In this document: positions 48,071 through 58,026 of the stretch, in pieces
How positions within the stretch are numbered: position 1 is the first letter of the stretch
Layout of the letters: every line of letters begins with the position of its first letter
Assembly (NCBI GenBank): GCA_963668175.1
Contig: OY764159.1
Span: 4,128,001-4,192,000, forward strand
Direction: 5' to 3'
Source of the DNA: Syntrophales bacterium
GTDB taxonomy: Bacteria > Desulfobacterota > Syntrophia > Syntrophales > PHBD01
Length of the DNA stretch: 64,000 bases
The notes under the pieces: generated by a model
What the model saw: only the letters and a program-made list of their open reading frames with translations
Database searches by the model: none
What the model was told of the DNA's origin: nothing
Program-made: the position numbers and the translations under genes

Positions 48071-48246
48071 TTCCCGGGGCGATCGGCCGCTATTTGTATC
48101 TTGCCGATATTTAAGAGACAATTATATTCCCCCTGAAAACCGCCGACATTTTTTGCCTGATGGCGTCCCGTACCGCCATGGAGCCCCAGGCAGACCAAAC
48201 AATATATATTCTCGTAAATTCAACATGATACAAACATTCAATCTTT

Positions 48247-48263
48247 TTGGCACAGGACATGCA
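48247..48263 (+). promoter_or_regulatory. Sigma54 (-24/-12) promoter
   Basis: TTGGCAC-AGGAC-ATGCA against consensus TGGCAC-N5-TTGCW; GG and GC are correctly spaced. Confidence 0.72.
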
Positions 48264-48273
48264 AGCTTTATAT

Positions 48274-48399
48274 GTTCAGAGAAGGTTTTCAGTCAATCAC
48301 CGGGCATGGTTGGCTGATAGTAGAACGATCCAAATCTTCATCTATTACAAAACCTTAAAACTCCTGTTGAAGGGGGGGGCATCATTCCCCCCCTTTTTT
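48274..48399 (+). ncRNA. Candidate sigma54-dependent structured small RNA (~125 nt)
   Basis: Lies between the -24/-12 promoter and an intrinsic terminator, with no credible ORF. Folds by eye into a three-way junction plus a single-stranded CUCCU. Confidence 0.6.
48370..48399 (+). terminator. Intrinsic terminator (overlaps the rarA 3' end)
   Basis: AAGGGGGGG/CCCCCCCTT stem followed by a T-tract on the + strand. Confidence 0.75.
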
Positions 48400-49752
48400 A
48401 TTATCTTTTCTTCCAAGATTCATGCCTTTGCTCTTCTGCCAATACTCGATTCTTTCCCGAATGGTCTTTTCGAAACCGCGGTCAGTAGGATAATAGAACT
48501 TCATGCCCTTCAGCTTGTCAGGCAGATACTCCTGGGCGACATAGGCGTCTTCGTAGTCGTGCGCGTATTTGTAACCTTTGCTGTAGCCCAAATTTTTCAT
48601 GAGATTGGTCGGCGCATTCCGAATATGGAGGGGAACAGGCAGCGTGCCGGTCCGGGCCACGGTCGCCTTGACCCGGCCGTAGCCGGTATAAAGGGCGTTG
48701 CTTTTGGGCGCCGTTGCGAGATAAACCGCCGCCTGGGCCAGGGCGAGTTCGCCCTCCGGCAATCCGATGAAATGAAACGCTTCCTTGGCGTCCATGGCGA
48801 CGGCAAGAGCCCTTGGGTCCGCATTCCCGATATCCTCCGAAGCGAATCGCACCATGCGTCGGGCTATGAACAAAGGGTCTTCTCCCGCCATCAGCATCCG
48901 CGCCAGCCAATAGAGGGCGGCATCCGGATCACTTCCCCGGAGACTCTTGTGGAAAGCCGAGATCAGGTTGTAATGCTCTTCGCCATGTTTGTCATATTGC
49001 AGGGCTTTTTTCTGCAGCGATTCTTCGACTACCGAAACCGTGATCCTTTTTCGCCCTTCACCCGGTTCGCGGGACGACAGGAACGACGCAACGGCGTCGA
49101 GATTGTTCAACGCCGCCCGGGCATCGCCGTCGGCAAGTCCGACGACGGCCTCCAAGGCATCCGGATCAATCTCCAATCCCAACCGGCCCAAGCCCCTCTC
49201 TTCGTCCCGGACGGCTCTCAGTATTATTGTTCCAAGTTCTTCTTCGCTGAAAGGTTCCAGGACCATGACCTGAAGCCGCGACAGCAGGGGCGATATGACT
49301 TCGAAAGATGGATTTTCCGTCGTTGCGCCGATCAGAGTGATCAGGCCGTTCTCCACATGGGGGAGAAAGGCGTCCTGCTGGGCCTTGTTGAAACGGTGAA
49401 TTTCATCGACAAAAAGAACGGTTTTTTGCCGTTTCCGGCCCCACCGCTCGGAGGCTTCGTCGATCACGGCCCGGATATCTTTCACGCCCGAGAGCACAGC
49501 CGAGAAACTCGTAAAATGCGACTTCGTTTCATGGGCTATAATGCTTGCCAGGGTTGTCTTTCCCGAACCCGGCGCCCCCCAGAATATCATCGAAAAAAGC
49601 TTATCCTGTTCGATGGCCAGGCGCAACAGGCTGTTTTCTCCCAATAGTTTAGCTTGCCCGATATATTCATCCAGCCGGCGGGGACGCATCCGCTCGGCCA
49701 GCGGCCTTCGTTCGTTTGTTCCGCCTTCTTCTTGTTCCTCGAAAAGGTCCAT
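48382..49752 (-). CDS. rarA: Replication-associated recombination protein A (AAA+)
   Basis: [59 protein letters not shown]. Confidence 0.95.
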   Translation of the reverse strand: MDLFEEQEEGGTNERRPLAERMRPRRLDEYIGQAKLLGENSLLRLAIEQDKLFSMIFWGAPGSGKTTLASIIAHETKSHFTSFSAVLSGVKDIRAVIDEASERWGRKRQKTVLFVDEIHRFNKAQQDAFLPHVENGLITLIGATTENPSFEVISPLLSRLQVMVLEPFSEEELGTIILRAVRDEERGLGRLGLEIDPDALEAVVGLADGDARAALNNLDAVASFLSSREPGEGRKRITVSVVEESLQKKALQYDKHGEEHYNLISAFHKSLRGSDPDAALYWLARMLMAGEDPLFIARRMVRFASEDIGNADPRALAVAMDAKEAFHFIGLPEGELALAQAAVYLATAPKSNALYTGYGRVKATVARTGTLPVPLHIRNAPTNLMKNLGYSKGYKYAHDYEDAYVAQEYLPDKLKGMKFYYPTDRGFEKTIRERIEYWQKSKGMNLGRKDNKKGGE

Positions 49753-50027
49753 ATTCTCTCCTGCCATGACTGACAAACCGTGCGCCGCACATCCGTCCTG
49801 CGGCGGCGCGGCACAAGTACCTTCATGGTCGATATCATTTTCGTTTTAAGGAAATCAACCCTATTTATTGCCGTAATAACCCACTATAGACGCGATCATG
49901 AAAGGTCGAAAATTGCCCGTTCTCACTGCTGCCCGGCGGAATTCCTGGCAATAGGAACGCGTCGTATGCTAGACTCACAAACGTCACACCGGAACCGACA
50001 TGAAGCCCCGAATAACACAGGAGGTCG

Positions 50028-51221
50028 ATGATGATCACCGAGACTCTGCTTTTTCTGGCCCACCTGGCTATCGTCAGCATCGCGATCATGGCGTCGATGC
50101 AGATTTTATGGGAGAAAAACAGCCCCTTGAGGATGTATGCCCTGATCATTCCGAGCCTTGTCTACATGACGTTCATGGGTTTTATGATCGGAAAGATAGG
50201 CGTTTACAATCTCACGGCGATGATCGTGACGTGCCTCGCCAGCATTATTGGGCTTACCCTCAATTTTGCCGTCATCTCCGCACGACAATCCGGACCGATA
50301 TGGGCCATCATGCAGGGATTGGCGGCCAGAGCCCGGGCGATCTCCGACAGTTCGGAGGTCATGGGAGAAGCAAGCGGCGCCATGTCTCACGGATCGGCCA
50401 TCCAGAGCGCCACCCTCGAAGAAACGAGTGCGTCCCTCAAGGAAGTCCTCTCCATAACCAGACGGAACACCGATAAAACGAAAGAGATGAACAGCCTGGT
50501 GGACGAGACGGCGAGGATCATCTCGCGGATGAGTGCATTCATGGAAGATCTGACCCATTCCATGAACGATATCAACAAGGCCAGCGAAGAGACGTCAAAG
50601 ATCATCCGAACCATAGACGAAATAGCTTTTCAGACGAATCTCCTGGCGCTGAATGCCGCCGTGGAAGCGGCCAGGGCAGGGGCAGCAGGGGCGGGATTTG
50701 CCGTCGTCGCCGGCGAAGTGAGAAACCTGGCTATGCGTTCCGCAGAAGCGGCAAAAAACACAGCCGATCTGATCGAAGGAACCGTCAAAAAGATCAAGGC
50801 CGGCACCGAACTTGTCGCCAGGACGAATCAGGAGTTCACTGAAGTCACCGCCCGATCCGCGAAAATGGGCACCATGATCGCCGAAATTACAACCGTTTCC
50901 CAGCAGCAGGAACAGGGCATCGAACAGATCAGCAGTTCCATCCTCAATCTGGATCATGTCACCGGGGAGAACATGGCCCACGCCGAAGAGTGCTCGGCCC
51001 TGGCGGAGGATACATCCCAGCAGGCGGAAACCATGAGACGGTACATCCGGCGCATGGCCCCACTCGTCGGCTGGAGAAAATCGGCCGCAAAAGCCGTAAA
51101 ACGCATCCCCGACCGCTCGGAGGAGCAGCCCTCAAAGCAGGATACGCCCCGCCGGATAGAAAGAACCACCCCGAACCGGGCATTGCCGCCTCCTAAAAAG
51201 CAGCTTACCAAAAAAACCTGA
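50028..51221 (+). CDS. Methyl-accepting chemotaxis protein
   Basis: [37 protein letters not shown]; hydrophobic N-terminus; AGGAGG RBS. Confidence 0.92.
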   Translation: MMITETLLFLAHLAIVSIAIMASMQILWEKNSPLRMYALIIPSLVYMTFMGFMIGKIGVYNLTAMIVTCLASIIGLTLNFAVISARQSGPIWAIMQGLAARARAISDSSEVMGEASGAMSHGSAIQSATLEETSASLKEVLSITRRNTDKTKEMNSLVDETARIISRMSAFMEDLTHSMNDINKASEETSKIIRTIDEIAFQTNLLALNAAVEAARAGAAGAGFAVVAGEVRNLAMRSAEAAKNTADLIEGTVKKIKAGTELVARTNQEFTEVTARSAKMGTMIAEITTVSQQQEQGIEQISSSILNLDHVTGENMAHAEECSALAEDTSQQAETMRRYIRRMAPLVGWRKSAAKAVKRIPDRSEEQPSKQDTPRRIERTTPNRALPPPKKQLTKKT

Positions 51222-51278
51222 GGGGATGATGATCGTTCGAACGACGATAACCCCCGCTGCGCGATCAGGTTCAATTCG

Positions 51279-52820
51279 TCATGAATTCTGCCGTTCCGAC
51301 GATATTGGATCGTATTCCGTACCGGTATCGGGTGCCGGCAACGGCCGGACCGCCTTTTCAATCCCGTCCACCGCTTCGATATCGCTGCCGGTGGAGGCCC
51401 CCAGCTCCTTGAAGCGCCTTGCCGTCACCAGGACCCTTCTTTCCAGCGATCCCATCGCCTTGTTATAGGCGTCCACGGCATTGCTCAATCCCTTGCCCAG
51501 GCTTGCAAAGTGGCCGGCAAGCGTCGTAATGCGGTCGTACAAAGACTTCCCCAATTCGCTGATCTGCTGGGCGTTTTCGGTGATCTTCTCCTGCCGCCAG
51601 CCATAGGCGACGGCTTTGAGAAGGGCAATCAGCGTCGTCGGCGTCGCCAGAATAACGCGATTTTCAACGCCGAATTCGATCAAACCCGGGTCCTGTTCCA
51701 GGGCCGCGCTGAAGAAGGTTTCGCCCGGCAGAAACAGGACGGCCATTTCGGGCGTCGGCGTGAAGTGCTCCCAGTAGGTCTTTGACCCGAGACTCGCCAG
51801 ATGCACCCGGATTTGGCGGGCATGCTCCTTCAGTTTCACCGTTCTTGCCGCTTCATCCTGGGTTTCCAGGGCTTCCAGGTAGGCCTGAAGAGGGGCCTTG
51901 GAATCGACGATGATGTTCTTGCCGTTCGGCAGTTTTACAACCATGTCCGGCCGTATCCTGCGATCATCCGCCGTTGCTGTTTCCTGCTGGATGAAATCGC
52001 AGTATTCAAGCATGCCGGCGATCTCCACGACTCTCTTCAATTGAATTTCGCCCCAGCGGCCGCGGACCGTGGGCATGCGCAGCGCCTTGACCAGATTGGC
52101 CGTCTCGCCCTGGAGCTGGACCTGTGTCGTGGCCAGCGATTTGATCTGCTCCGTCAGGGTGGCATAGGCGGACGTCCGCGCCTGCTCCAGATCGCGAATC
52201 TTGGTGTCGACTTTATCCAGAGATTCCCTGACGGGCTTGACCATCTCGTCGATGGCGCGGCGTCTCATTTCCAGATCGCCCCTGGCGCCTTCCTGGTACT
52301 TTTCCAGGATCGTACCCGCCAGGTCCAGGAACGCCTGATTGTTACTCTTTAAAGCCTCCGCCGACAAAGCCTTGAAGGCATCGGACAATTCATCCCGGGC
52401 GCGGCCGAGCAGAGCAAGCTTCTCCTCGGCGGAACGTTTCTCTTCGTTAAGCCTCGTTTCCGTCTCGGACAGGCAGGTTTTAAGCTCCGTTATTTCGTTC
52501 CGGAGTTCAACGATCTGTCGATCCCTGTCTCCCAAAGACGATTCAAGCGCCGGGATCCTGGTATTCCTCTCTTCCGCCGAAATACGGCGCCCCGTTTCTT
52601 CATTCAGGGTGTTTCTGAGGGCGGCCAGTTCCTCCCGGTCCCTGTCCAGCGCCTCCCTTATGTCCTTAAGCTGTCCTTCGCGGTTCTGCAGGCGCTCCTC
52701 CAGAATGCCCCTTTCTTTTTCGATGTCCTTGCTCGCGCTTAAGCGGCAAAGCATAAAGGCCGCCAGCGCCCCCCCCGCAATGCCCAGGATGAAGAAAATG
52801 ATGACCGATAGATAATCCAT
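51279..52820 (-). CDS. rmuC: DNA recombination protein RmuC
   Basis: N-terminal TM and coiled coil; [38 protein letters not shown]. Confidence 0.93.
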   Translation of the reverse strand: MDYLSVIIFFILGIAGGALAAFMLCRLSASKDIEKERGILEERLQNREGQLKDIREALDRDREELAALRNTLNEETGRRISAEERNTRIPALESSLGDRDRQIVELRNEITELKTCLSETETRLNEEKRSAEEKLALLGRARDELSDAFKALSAEALKSNNQAFLDLAGTILEKYQEGARGDLEMRRRAIDEMVKPVRESLDKVDTKIRDLEQARTSAYATLTEQIKSLATTQVQLQGETANLVKALRMPTVRGRWGEIQLKRVVEIAGMLEYCDFIQQETATADDRRIRPDMVVKLPNGKNIIVDSKAPLQAYLEALETQDEAARTVKLKEHARQIRVHLASLGSKTYWEHFTPTPEMAVLFLPGETFFSAALEQDPGLIEFGVENRVILATPTTLIALLKAVAYGWRQEKITENAQQISELGKSLYDRITTLAGHFASLGKGLSNAVDAYNKAMGSLERRVLVTARRFKELGASTGSDIEAVDGIEKAVRPLPAPDTGTEYDPISSERQNS

Positions 52821-52926
52821 AGTTCAGCATCCTACCTTGAGCTTCCGATAAAGACAACTGAATTTAAACCAGCCGACATCGGCGATATCTTCGATATCCG
52901 CTGACAGGAAAATCTTCGCCAAACGG

Positions 52927-54489
52927 TCATTCGGGATGGATGTCCGGGACCTCGGCTTCGTCGTGACGGACATGGACCATGAAATAGATGAACGGCAGCA
53001 TGCACAGGATCATGACGGCCAGAAAATAGAATACATCGTTGAAGGACATCATGGATGCCTGTTTCAACAGCTGTTCGTAAATGATCCCCAGTCCGCCGGT
53101 AGGCGCGGTTGCCGGGTCCATTCCTTGAAGCTGCAGAGACTTCGACGCCTGTTGGGAAAACCACTGATAGTTGAAATCGAACGGTGTCAGGTGATCGACC
53201 ATCCTGGCCTGGTGAAATTGCGCCTTCCTGGCCAGCATGGTGGAGACGAAGGCCACCCCCAGGCTTCCGCCCAGGTTTCTCACCAGATTGTAGATCGATG
53301 TGGCATTGCCCATCTCTTCCTTGCTGATTCGGGAGAGCGTCAAGGTGGTCAGGGGAATGAATACGGTCCCGATGCCGATGCTCATGACGACGCGGGGCCA
53401 TATAATGGTATTAAAATCCGCGGTGAGGTTGAAGCGGGACATGAGCCAGCTTGCATAAGCCGTGATGACGATACCGATGCCGGTGATGATTCTGGGATTG
53501 ATGCGGGTGATCAGCCTGCCGACGATCGGCATGGTTACGAGTACGGCGATACCGCCGGGCCCGAGGATCATGCCGGCGAGGCTGGCCGTATATCCCATCA
53601 GGGTCTGCAGATAGATGGGCAACAGCACAATGCTGCCGAAAAGATTGATCATGACGAAGAAAATAACGACATTGCCCAGGCAGAACGAATAATTCTTCAG
53701 TGCCCGGAGTTCGACAATGGGGTTTTCGGCCTTCAACTCGGCAATGATGAACAGGACAAGCGTGGCGACCGCCACGATGAGAAGAATCGTGATGAAATTC
53801 GAGGCGAACCAATCTTCGCGCTGTCCCCTGTCCAGGGCCATTTGCAGGCAGGCCACCCAGACGCTGAGCAAGACCAGGCCCGAATAGTCGATCGCGGCCG
53901 CCGCCCTTTTCATGTAAGGCGGATCGGTGATAAAGAGCATCGACATGACCACGGATATCGCGCCGATAGGGATGTTGATATAGAATATCCAGTGCCAGGA
54001 CCAGTTGTCCGTGATCCATCCCCCCAGAAGAGGTCCGATGATGGGTCCGAACATGATGCCTATCCCGTATATGGCCATGGCCATACCATGCTGGGCCGGG
54101 GGAAAGGTTTCCAGGAGAATGGACTGGGAAATGGGCTGCAGGGAACCTCCGGCCAATCCCTGGAATATCCTGAAGACGATCAGGCTTTGAATATTCCAGG
54201 CCAGGCCGCAAAGGAGGGAACTCAGGGTAAACAGGCCGACGGAAAAGAGGAGGAACCGCCTTCTGCCGAAAAACCGGCTCAACCACCCCGTCATCGGGAC
54301 GATCACGGCATTGGCTGCGAGATACGAGGTGATGGACCACGTGGCCTCGTCGATTCCGGCGGACAGACTGCCGCGGATGTGGTCGAGGGAAACGTTGACG
54401 ACCGACGTATCGATAATCACCATGAGGGTGGGAAGCATCACGGTGACGGCGACGATCCATTTGTTGACAATTGCGGCCATACGATGCAT
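52927..54489 (-). CDS. emrB: DHA2 family MFS efflux permease (EmrB/QacA)
   Basis: IDTSVVNVSL, WSITSYL, FRIFQG, GPIIGPLLGGWI, WIFYINIPIG, RNLGGS. Confidence 0.9.
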   Translation of the reverse strand: MHRMAAIVNKWIVAVTVMLPTLMVIIDTSVVNVSLDHIRGSLSAGIDEATWSITSYLAANAVIVPMTGWLSRFFGRRRFLLFSVGLFTLSSLLCGLAWNIQSLIVFRIFQGLAGGSLQPISQSILLETFPPAQHGMAMAIYGIGIMFGPIIGPLLGGWITDNWSWHWIFYINIPIGAISVVMSMLFITDPPYMKRAAAAIDYSGLVLLSVWVACLQMALDRGQREDWFASNFITILLIVAVATLVLFIIAELKAENPIVELRALKNYSFCLGNVVIFFVMINLFGSIVLLPIYLQTLMGYTASLAGMILGPGGIAVLVTMPIVGRLITRINPRIITGIGIVITAYASWLMSRFNLTADFNTIIWPRVVMSIGIGTVFIPLTTLTLSRISKEEMGNATSIYNLVRNLGGSLGVAFVSTMLARKAQFHQARMVDHLTPFDFNYQWFSQQASKSLQLQGMDPATAPTGGLGIIYEQLLKQASMMSFNDVFYFLAVMILCMLPFIYFMVHVRHDEAEVPDIHPE

Positions 54490-54577
54490 GAAAAGCCGGC
54501 CGAAAGATGCCGGCGGTCAGGAGAAACGACGATAAAGTCAAGCGGAAGGCTCCGCAGGCACTGATACAACCTGACGA

Positions 54578-55672
54578 TCAATCCCCGACGAGAATGGTCG
54601 GCTCCACGGACATGCCGACCCTCAGGACGTGATTGGGATCGCTCCCCTTGTCTAAAACGATTTTGACCGGGACCCTTTGCACGATCTTTACGTAATTGCC
54701 CGTGGCATTCTCCGGGGGAAAAAGAGAGAAAACCGACCCCGTTCCGGCCATGATGCTCTCAACCCTTCCCGAAAAGGTTTTACCGCCGTACGAATCGACT
54801 TCAATACGCACTTTCTGCCCTGCTTTAACCTTGGCCAATTGGGTCTCTTTGTAATTGGCAACGATCCAGACATCATCGAGAGGAACGATGGCCAGGAGGG
54901 GTTGCCCGGCCTGGATTTGATTGCCGATCTCGATGGATTTCTTCGTGACGAAACCGTCCGCCGGGGCATAGATCCGGGTATAACTCTTCTTCAAGGCTTC
55001 GGCATTGAGCATTTCCTGCCTCTGTTTGACATTGGCTCCCTGGGACTTGAGCGCCGCTTCGGTCTGCTTGATCATAGCTTCCTGCGTCAGCAGGGAGGCA
55101 TCGGCTTGTTTCAGTTGTTCGCGAGCGGCGTCCACCTGGGCCATCGCCGTATCATACGCAGTCTTGGCCCTGTCATAGCGGTCGGCCGGGACAATTTCCT
55201 TTTTGAACAGCGCGTCCGCGCGTTTGAGGTCCAACTCCGCCTGCCTCAACTGGACTTCCTGCAGCTTAAGATTGGCTTTAGCGCTCTCTTCGCGATGTTG
55301 GGCCTCCGTGAACTGCCTTTTGGCGACGTCCACCTTCTGCGTCAGTTCCGAAAATTTTGCCTGCTCGCTCCCCACGGAAGATTCGACCTCCCTGACGCGC
55401 ACGTCATAGTCCTTTTCATCGATTTCCAGCAGGAGTTCGTCTTTCTTGACGTATTGATTGTCCGTCACCAGGAGGTTCTTGACCGTTCCGGGAACCTTGG
55501 AGGCAATGACATGAATGCGTCCGGCAACGAAGGCATCGTCGGTCGCAATATGGGTGCTTTTATAGAAGATATAGTAATAGGTGCCGGCTGCCGCCGCAAC
55601 GACAGCCAGGACCAGCAGGAACAGGAAGAGTTTCCTTCGACGGTTGTTTACAATTTCACCGGCAGATGCCAT
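54578..55672 (-). CDS. emrA: HlyD/EmrA family membrane fusion protein
   Basis: TDDAFV, KVPG, APADG, ANYKETQL, PPENATGNYVKIVQRVPVKI. Confidence 0.9.
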   Translation of the reverse strand: MASAGEIVNNRRRKLFLFLLVLAVVAAAAGTYYYIFYKSTHIATDDAFVAGRIHVIASKVPGTVKNLLVTDNQYVKKDELLLEIDEKDYDVRVREVESSVGSEQAKFSELTQKVDVAKRQFTEAQHREESAKANLKLQEVQLRQAELDLKRADALFKKEIVPADRYDRAKTAYDTAMAQVDAAREQLKQADASLLTQEAMIKQTEAALKSQGANVKQRQEMLNAEALKKSYTRIYAPADGFVTKKSIEIGNQIQAGQPLLAIVPLDDVWIVANYKETQLAKVKAGQKVRIEVDSYGGKTFSGRVESIMAGTGSVFSLFPPENATGNYVKIVQRVPVKIVLDKGSDPNHVLRVGMSVEPTILVGD

Positions 55673-55865
55673 TATAAAGGACCTCCGAGGATTCGTTTCT
55701 GATGCAAATAATAGAGATGTTGATTTTAAAAAAGTGTAAGGGGCGCAGTTTAAAGAAACGACGCCAAGAAAGCAAGAGAAGATTTCACCCGAAGATTGAA
55801 TTCACCATCAATCCGTAGTATAGGGCTTCAGACTGCCCTCATTCATACAAAGGTTCAATACGACT

Positions 55866-57017
55866 ATGGAAGCCATCTACCTCGATCACAGCGCCACGAC
55901 CCCCATCGATCCGGAAGTCCTGGCAGCCATGATGCCCTGCTTCGCCTTCAGATTCGGCAACCCGTCCAGCATCCACAACCTGGGCATCCAGGCCAGGGAA
56001 GCCGTCATCGAAGCGAGGCGCAGAACTGCCAGCCTGATAGGCGCAGATCCTTCAGAAATCGTCTTCACCGCCGGGGGCACGGAGGCGGACAATCTGGCCC
56101 TCCTGGGGCTGGCAGCCAAACAGACTGTGAAAGACCATATTGTCACGTCATCCATAGAACACCCTGCCGTCATGGAAACCTGCCGCTATCTGGAAGGCAA
56201 GGGTTTCCGGGTTACCTACCTTCCGGTCGACACGAGCGGCCGGATCGATCCCGACGAGGCCATACGCGCCATGGACGACAGGACTTTTCTCGTAAGCGTC
56301 ATGCATGCGAACAACGAAACCGGAACGCTGGCGTCACTTGCGGAAATCGGCGCGGCTGCGAAGGCCAGAGGCATCTGTATGCATACGGACGCCCTTCAGA
56401 CGGTGGGTAAGATGCCCGTCGACGTCAACAGCCTCCGGGTCGACATGCTGTCCCTTTCCGGCCATAAATTCCACGGTCCGAAAGGCGTGGGAGCCCTCTA
56501 TATCAGGGAGGGCATTGAACTCACCCCCCTGACATTCGGCGGCCACCAGGAACGGGGGCTAAGATCGGGAACAGAAAATGTCCCCGGTATCGTCGGTCTC
56601 GGCAAAGCCTGCCAAATAGCCGAACGGGACATGGATTTCCTCACGATCCATCTCAAGGAGCTTCGGGACGGCCTCGAATCCTTAATCGTCGAAGGTTTCC
56701 CCGATGCCCGCGTCAACGGGCATCCTGTCATGCGGGTGCCCCATATCCTGAGCGTCTCTTTTCCGGGAATATCGGGCGATGCCATCGTCAGAGAGATGAG
56801 CAGACGGGACGTCTTCCTGTCTGCCGGGTCAGCCTGCATGTCGGATTCGGCGTCGCTATCGCCCGTGCTCGGGGCCATGCGCCTGCCTTCCGAATGGGCC
56901 AGGGGAACTGTGCGGTTCAGCATCGGCAAAACAAACAACGAAGACGAGATCATGGAGACATTCGGAATCCTGAAGGACGTCATCTCCCGGCTTCGGCAAG
57001 AAACCCGTATCCACTGA
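55866..57017 (+). CDS. Cysteine desulfurase (NifS/IscS type)
   Basis: YLDHSATTP, GNPSSIH, EHPAV, NNETG, SGHKFHGPKG, RSGTEN, SAGSAC. Confidence 0.93.
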   Translation: MEAIYLDHSATTPIDPEVLAAMMPCFAFRFGNPSSIHNLGIQAREAVIEARRRTASLIGADPSEIVFTAGGTEADNLALLGLAAKQTVKDHIVTSSIEHPAVMETCRYLEGKGFRVTYLPVDTSGRIDPDEAIRAMDDRTFLVSVMHANNETGTLASLAEIGAAAKARGICMHTDALQTVGKMPVDVNSLRVDMLSLSGHKFHGPKGVGALYIREGIELTPLTFGGHQERGLRSGTENVPGIVGLGKACQIAERDMDFLTIHLKELRDGLESLIVEGFPDARVNGHPVMRVPHILSVSFPGISGDAIVREMSRRDVFLSAGSACMSDSASLSPVLGAMRLPSEWARGTVRFSIGKTNNEDEIMETFGILKDVISRLRQETRIH

Positions 57018-57045
57018 ACCGATGCCATGACGGTCCGATAAACGG

Positions 57046-58026
57046 TCAGCGGATGATCATCCGGGAAGCCTCTTCCCTCGTACAAGCCTTCACCAGACAG
57101 ACAGACGTGTCATCTCCAAAGGTGCAGACAGCCGAAACCTCCTGATCGTTCGGGGCATCGCTGTACAAGGCGCACAAGGACGCCGCCCACGATGACGCTT
57201 CCCCGCTGCATCCGTAGGGAACGATGACGAGCGGACCTGGAAAATCGGCCATATGAATCAGCATATCGCCTCGATTGGCCAAGCGCCGGATAACGTCATT
57301 TTCGGCCCGGTTTCTGCCGACGATTACTTTTTTGTTTTCCGCAATCCGGAAGTGTCTGCCGACTTTGAGAAGTTCGATGTCCCGAATCCGATCGTTTTTT
57401 TCAACCAGGAAGAGGTCCTTGAGGCGCTTGGAAAACTCGGGATCGGTCAGAAGACATCCGCCGGCGGGGGTTTCATAGCGTGTGATTCCGTAATGCACGG
57501 CCATCGCCATCTGTTCTTTCCTGCCCCTCCCCTGTAAAGATAAGAGCCTCTGGCGATCGACCATACCTTCTCTCTCAGGTTTCGTTTCCGGCAAAAGCTT
57601 GGCGCTGAGCGGCCTCACAACGTACTCCTGATAGCCCGACATCTTGGCCACGATGTGGAGGGATTGTTTTCCCTGCGACATCGGCCGCTGGCCGAGCACT
57701 TCACCGGTGAAGATAAAGGAAGCCTTCATCTCTTCCATGAGTTCACCCGCGTGTTTGAGCATCAGCGCATGGCAGTCGATACAGGGATTCATGTTTCTCC
57801 CGTAGCCGTACCTCGGTGCTTTGAGCATTGCCAAGTGCCGGTCGGTGATATCCAGAACGGTAAGAGGCAGTCCGATCATGTCGGCCGCCATCCGGGCCTT
57901 TTCAGAACTAAAAAAGGGGGTCTCAAAGGTGACCCCCTGGACATGAATGTCTTGAACCATGACGAGTTTGACGGCCAATACGCTATCCAACCCGCCCGAA
58001 AATAATGCAACGGAACTTACTTTCAA
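57046..58026 (-). CDS. PP-loop tRNA thiolation-like ATPase (ThiI/MnmA-like)
   Basis: SGGLDS, NPCIDC, GEVLGQRPMSQ, RPLSAKLL, GGCLLTD, GRHFR. Likely TTG start at 58026 overlapping the upstream TGA. Confidence 0.8.
   Translation of the reverse strand: MKVSSVALFSGGLDSVLAVKLVMVQDIHVQGVTFETPFFSSEKARMAADMIGLPLTVLDITDRHLAMLKAPRYGYGRNMNPCIDCHALMLKHAGELMEEMKASFIFTGEVLGQRPMSQGKQSLHIVAKMSGYQEYVVRPLSAKLLPETKPEREGMVDRQRLLSLQGRGRKEQMAMAVHYGITRYETPAGGCLLTDPEFSKRLKDLFLVEKNDRIRDIELLKVGRHFRIAENKKVIVGRNRAENDVIRRLANRGDMLIHMADFPGPLVIVPYGCSGEASSWAASLCALYSDAPNDQEVSAVCTFGDDTSVCLVKACTREEASRMIIR

Noticed and set aside
48306..48317. Tiny ORF (MVG) inside the candidate sRNA
   Set aside because: Three codons, no SD sequence, and buried in a stem.
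48247..49647. 466-aa + strand ORF, and similar long ORFs such as 35934..37997(-), 52936..54564(+), 30106..31641(-), 9479..10687(+)
   Set aside because: Antisense shadows of well-supported genes in GC-rich DNA, with no recognisable motifs.
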